Source of the DNA: an uncultured Pseudomonadota bacterium
Lineage (GTDB): Bacteria; Myxococcota_A; UBA796; SXON01
DNA length: 64,000 bases
Reading direction: 5' to 3'
NCBI GenBank assembly: GCA_903921785.1
Contig: CAIXRH010000199.1
Coordinates: 74,426-138,425, forward strand
Program-made: the position numbers and the translations under genes
Notes under the pieces: model-generated
What the model was told of the DNA's origin: nothing
The model's database searches: none
What the model saw: the letters and a program-made list of their open reading frames with translations, nothing else
In this document: positions 63,621-64,000 of the stretch, piece after piece
Layout of the letters: every line of letters begins with the position of its first letter
How positions within the stretch are numbered: the first letter of the stretch is position 1

Positions 63621-64000
63621 TCACCCAGCCTTCGCCACCTTCTCCACCCGCTCCAAGACCTGCTTCGCCGGGATCACCTCCGCGAAGGGCACCACCTGGT
63701 CGGGCATCGCCTCCGCCTCGTCCACACAGTAGCGCTTGCTCACCGCGAGGATGAGGTTGCTCGGCCCATGCTTCTTGATGGCGGCGAGGCGCTTCTCGAT
63801 GCTCCCCTTTCGCCAGAAACCGAGGATCTCCAGGTGTGCCACCTTCTTCCCCTTGCGGAAGGAGAAGTCGGGCACCACCACGCCGTCGGGGCCCTGGATG
63901 AGGGGGGTGGGGTCCTTCTCCAGGGTCCACCCCGACTCCAGCGCCTCAAAACGCTCCCGGAACCACTCGGCCTCGCGCGTTTCGTACACCCCCACGTCGG
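63621..64000 (-). CDS. DUF790 (Bax1-like nuclease) family protein, C-terminal part (5' end outside the window)
   Basis: The frame is open to the window edge. VVPDFSFRKGKKVAHLEILGFWRKGSIEKRLAAIKKHGPSNLILAVS matches my recollection of the DUF790 C-terminal PD-(D/E)xK-like block (PDF...EIxGFW...KL...lilav). Confidence 0.55.
   Translation of the reverse strand, partial: DVGVYETREAEWFRERFEALESGWTLEKDPTPLIQGPDGVVVPDFSFRKGKKVAHLEILGFWRKGSIEKRLAAIKKHGPSNLILAVSKRYCVDEAEAMPDQVVPFAEVIPAKQVLERVEKVAKAG

Overview
This is a very GC-rich bacterial chromosomal segment. Third codon positions are almost all G/C, so every real gene is shadowed by long stop-free antisense ORFs, which I reject. I call 45 protein-coding genes, two of them cut by the window edges. 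I recognise no rRNA, tRNA, CRISPR array, transposase or integrase.

A Myxococcota origin is inferred. Three secreted proteins end in Cys + Gly/Ala-rich hydrophobic stretch + RRRR tails that resemble the MYXO-CTERM sorting signal. Twelve products begin with lipoprotein signal peptides, several followed by D/T/S/G-rich linkers.

Gene content:
- Envelope and secretome genes dominate: GH31, a trypsin-like protease, an amidohydrolase-TSP3 fusion, a BNR propeller, an arylsulfotransferase-like protein, three integrin-like FG-GAP + MopE-repeat lipoproteins (up to 1564 aa), and penta-haem and di-haem cytochromes c.
- Housekeeping genes are interspersed: ansA, prmA, cmk and an MBOAT acyltransferase.
- Signalling genes are also present: TetR, a Ser/Thr kinase, an FHA-like/winged-helix protein and a class III cyclase.

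Most noteworthy observations:
1. A translationally coupled operon: FG-GAP lipoprotein, two paralogous GTPases with a charge-swapped G1/G3 (GKD + NxPG), and an M48 protease.
2. A fused double-activase/DUF2229-type pair preceded by a perfect 16-bp palindrome, beside a divergent TetR operon.
3. A non-coding element of roughly 100-135 nt present three times, in the same orientation, in unrelated spacers.
4. Two near-consensus sigma-54 promoters, one driving an acyltransferase-methyltransferase fusion plus a second methyltransferase.
5. A penta-haem cytochrome c apparently cotranscribed with a giant MopE-repeat/FG-GAP protein.
6. A Ser/Thr kinase and an FHA-like-wHTH gene whose divergent start codons are 3 bp apart.
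7. A cyclase with degenerate metal ligands.

All family calls rest on motif recognition by eye; no search or computation was run.
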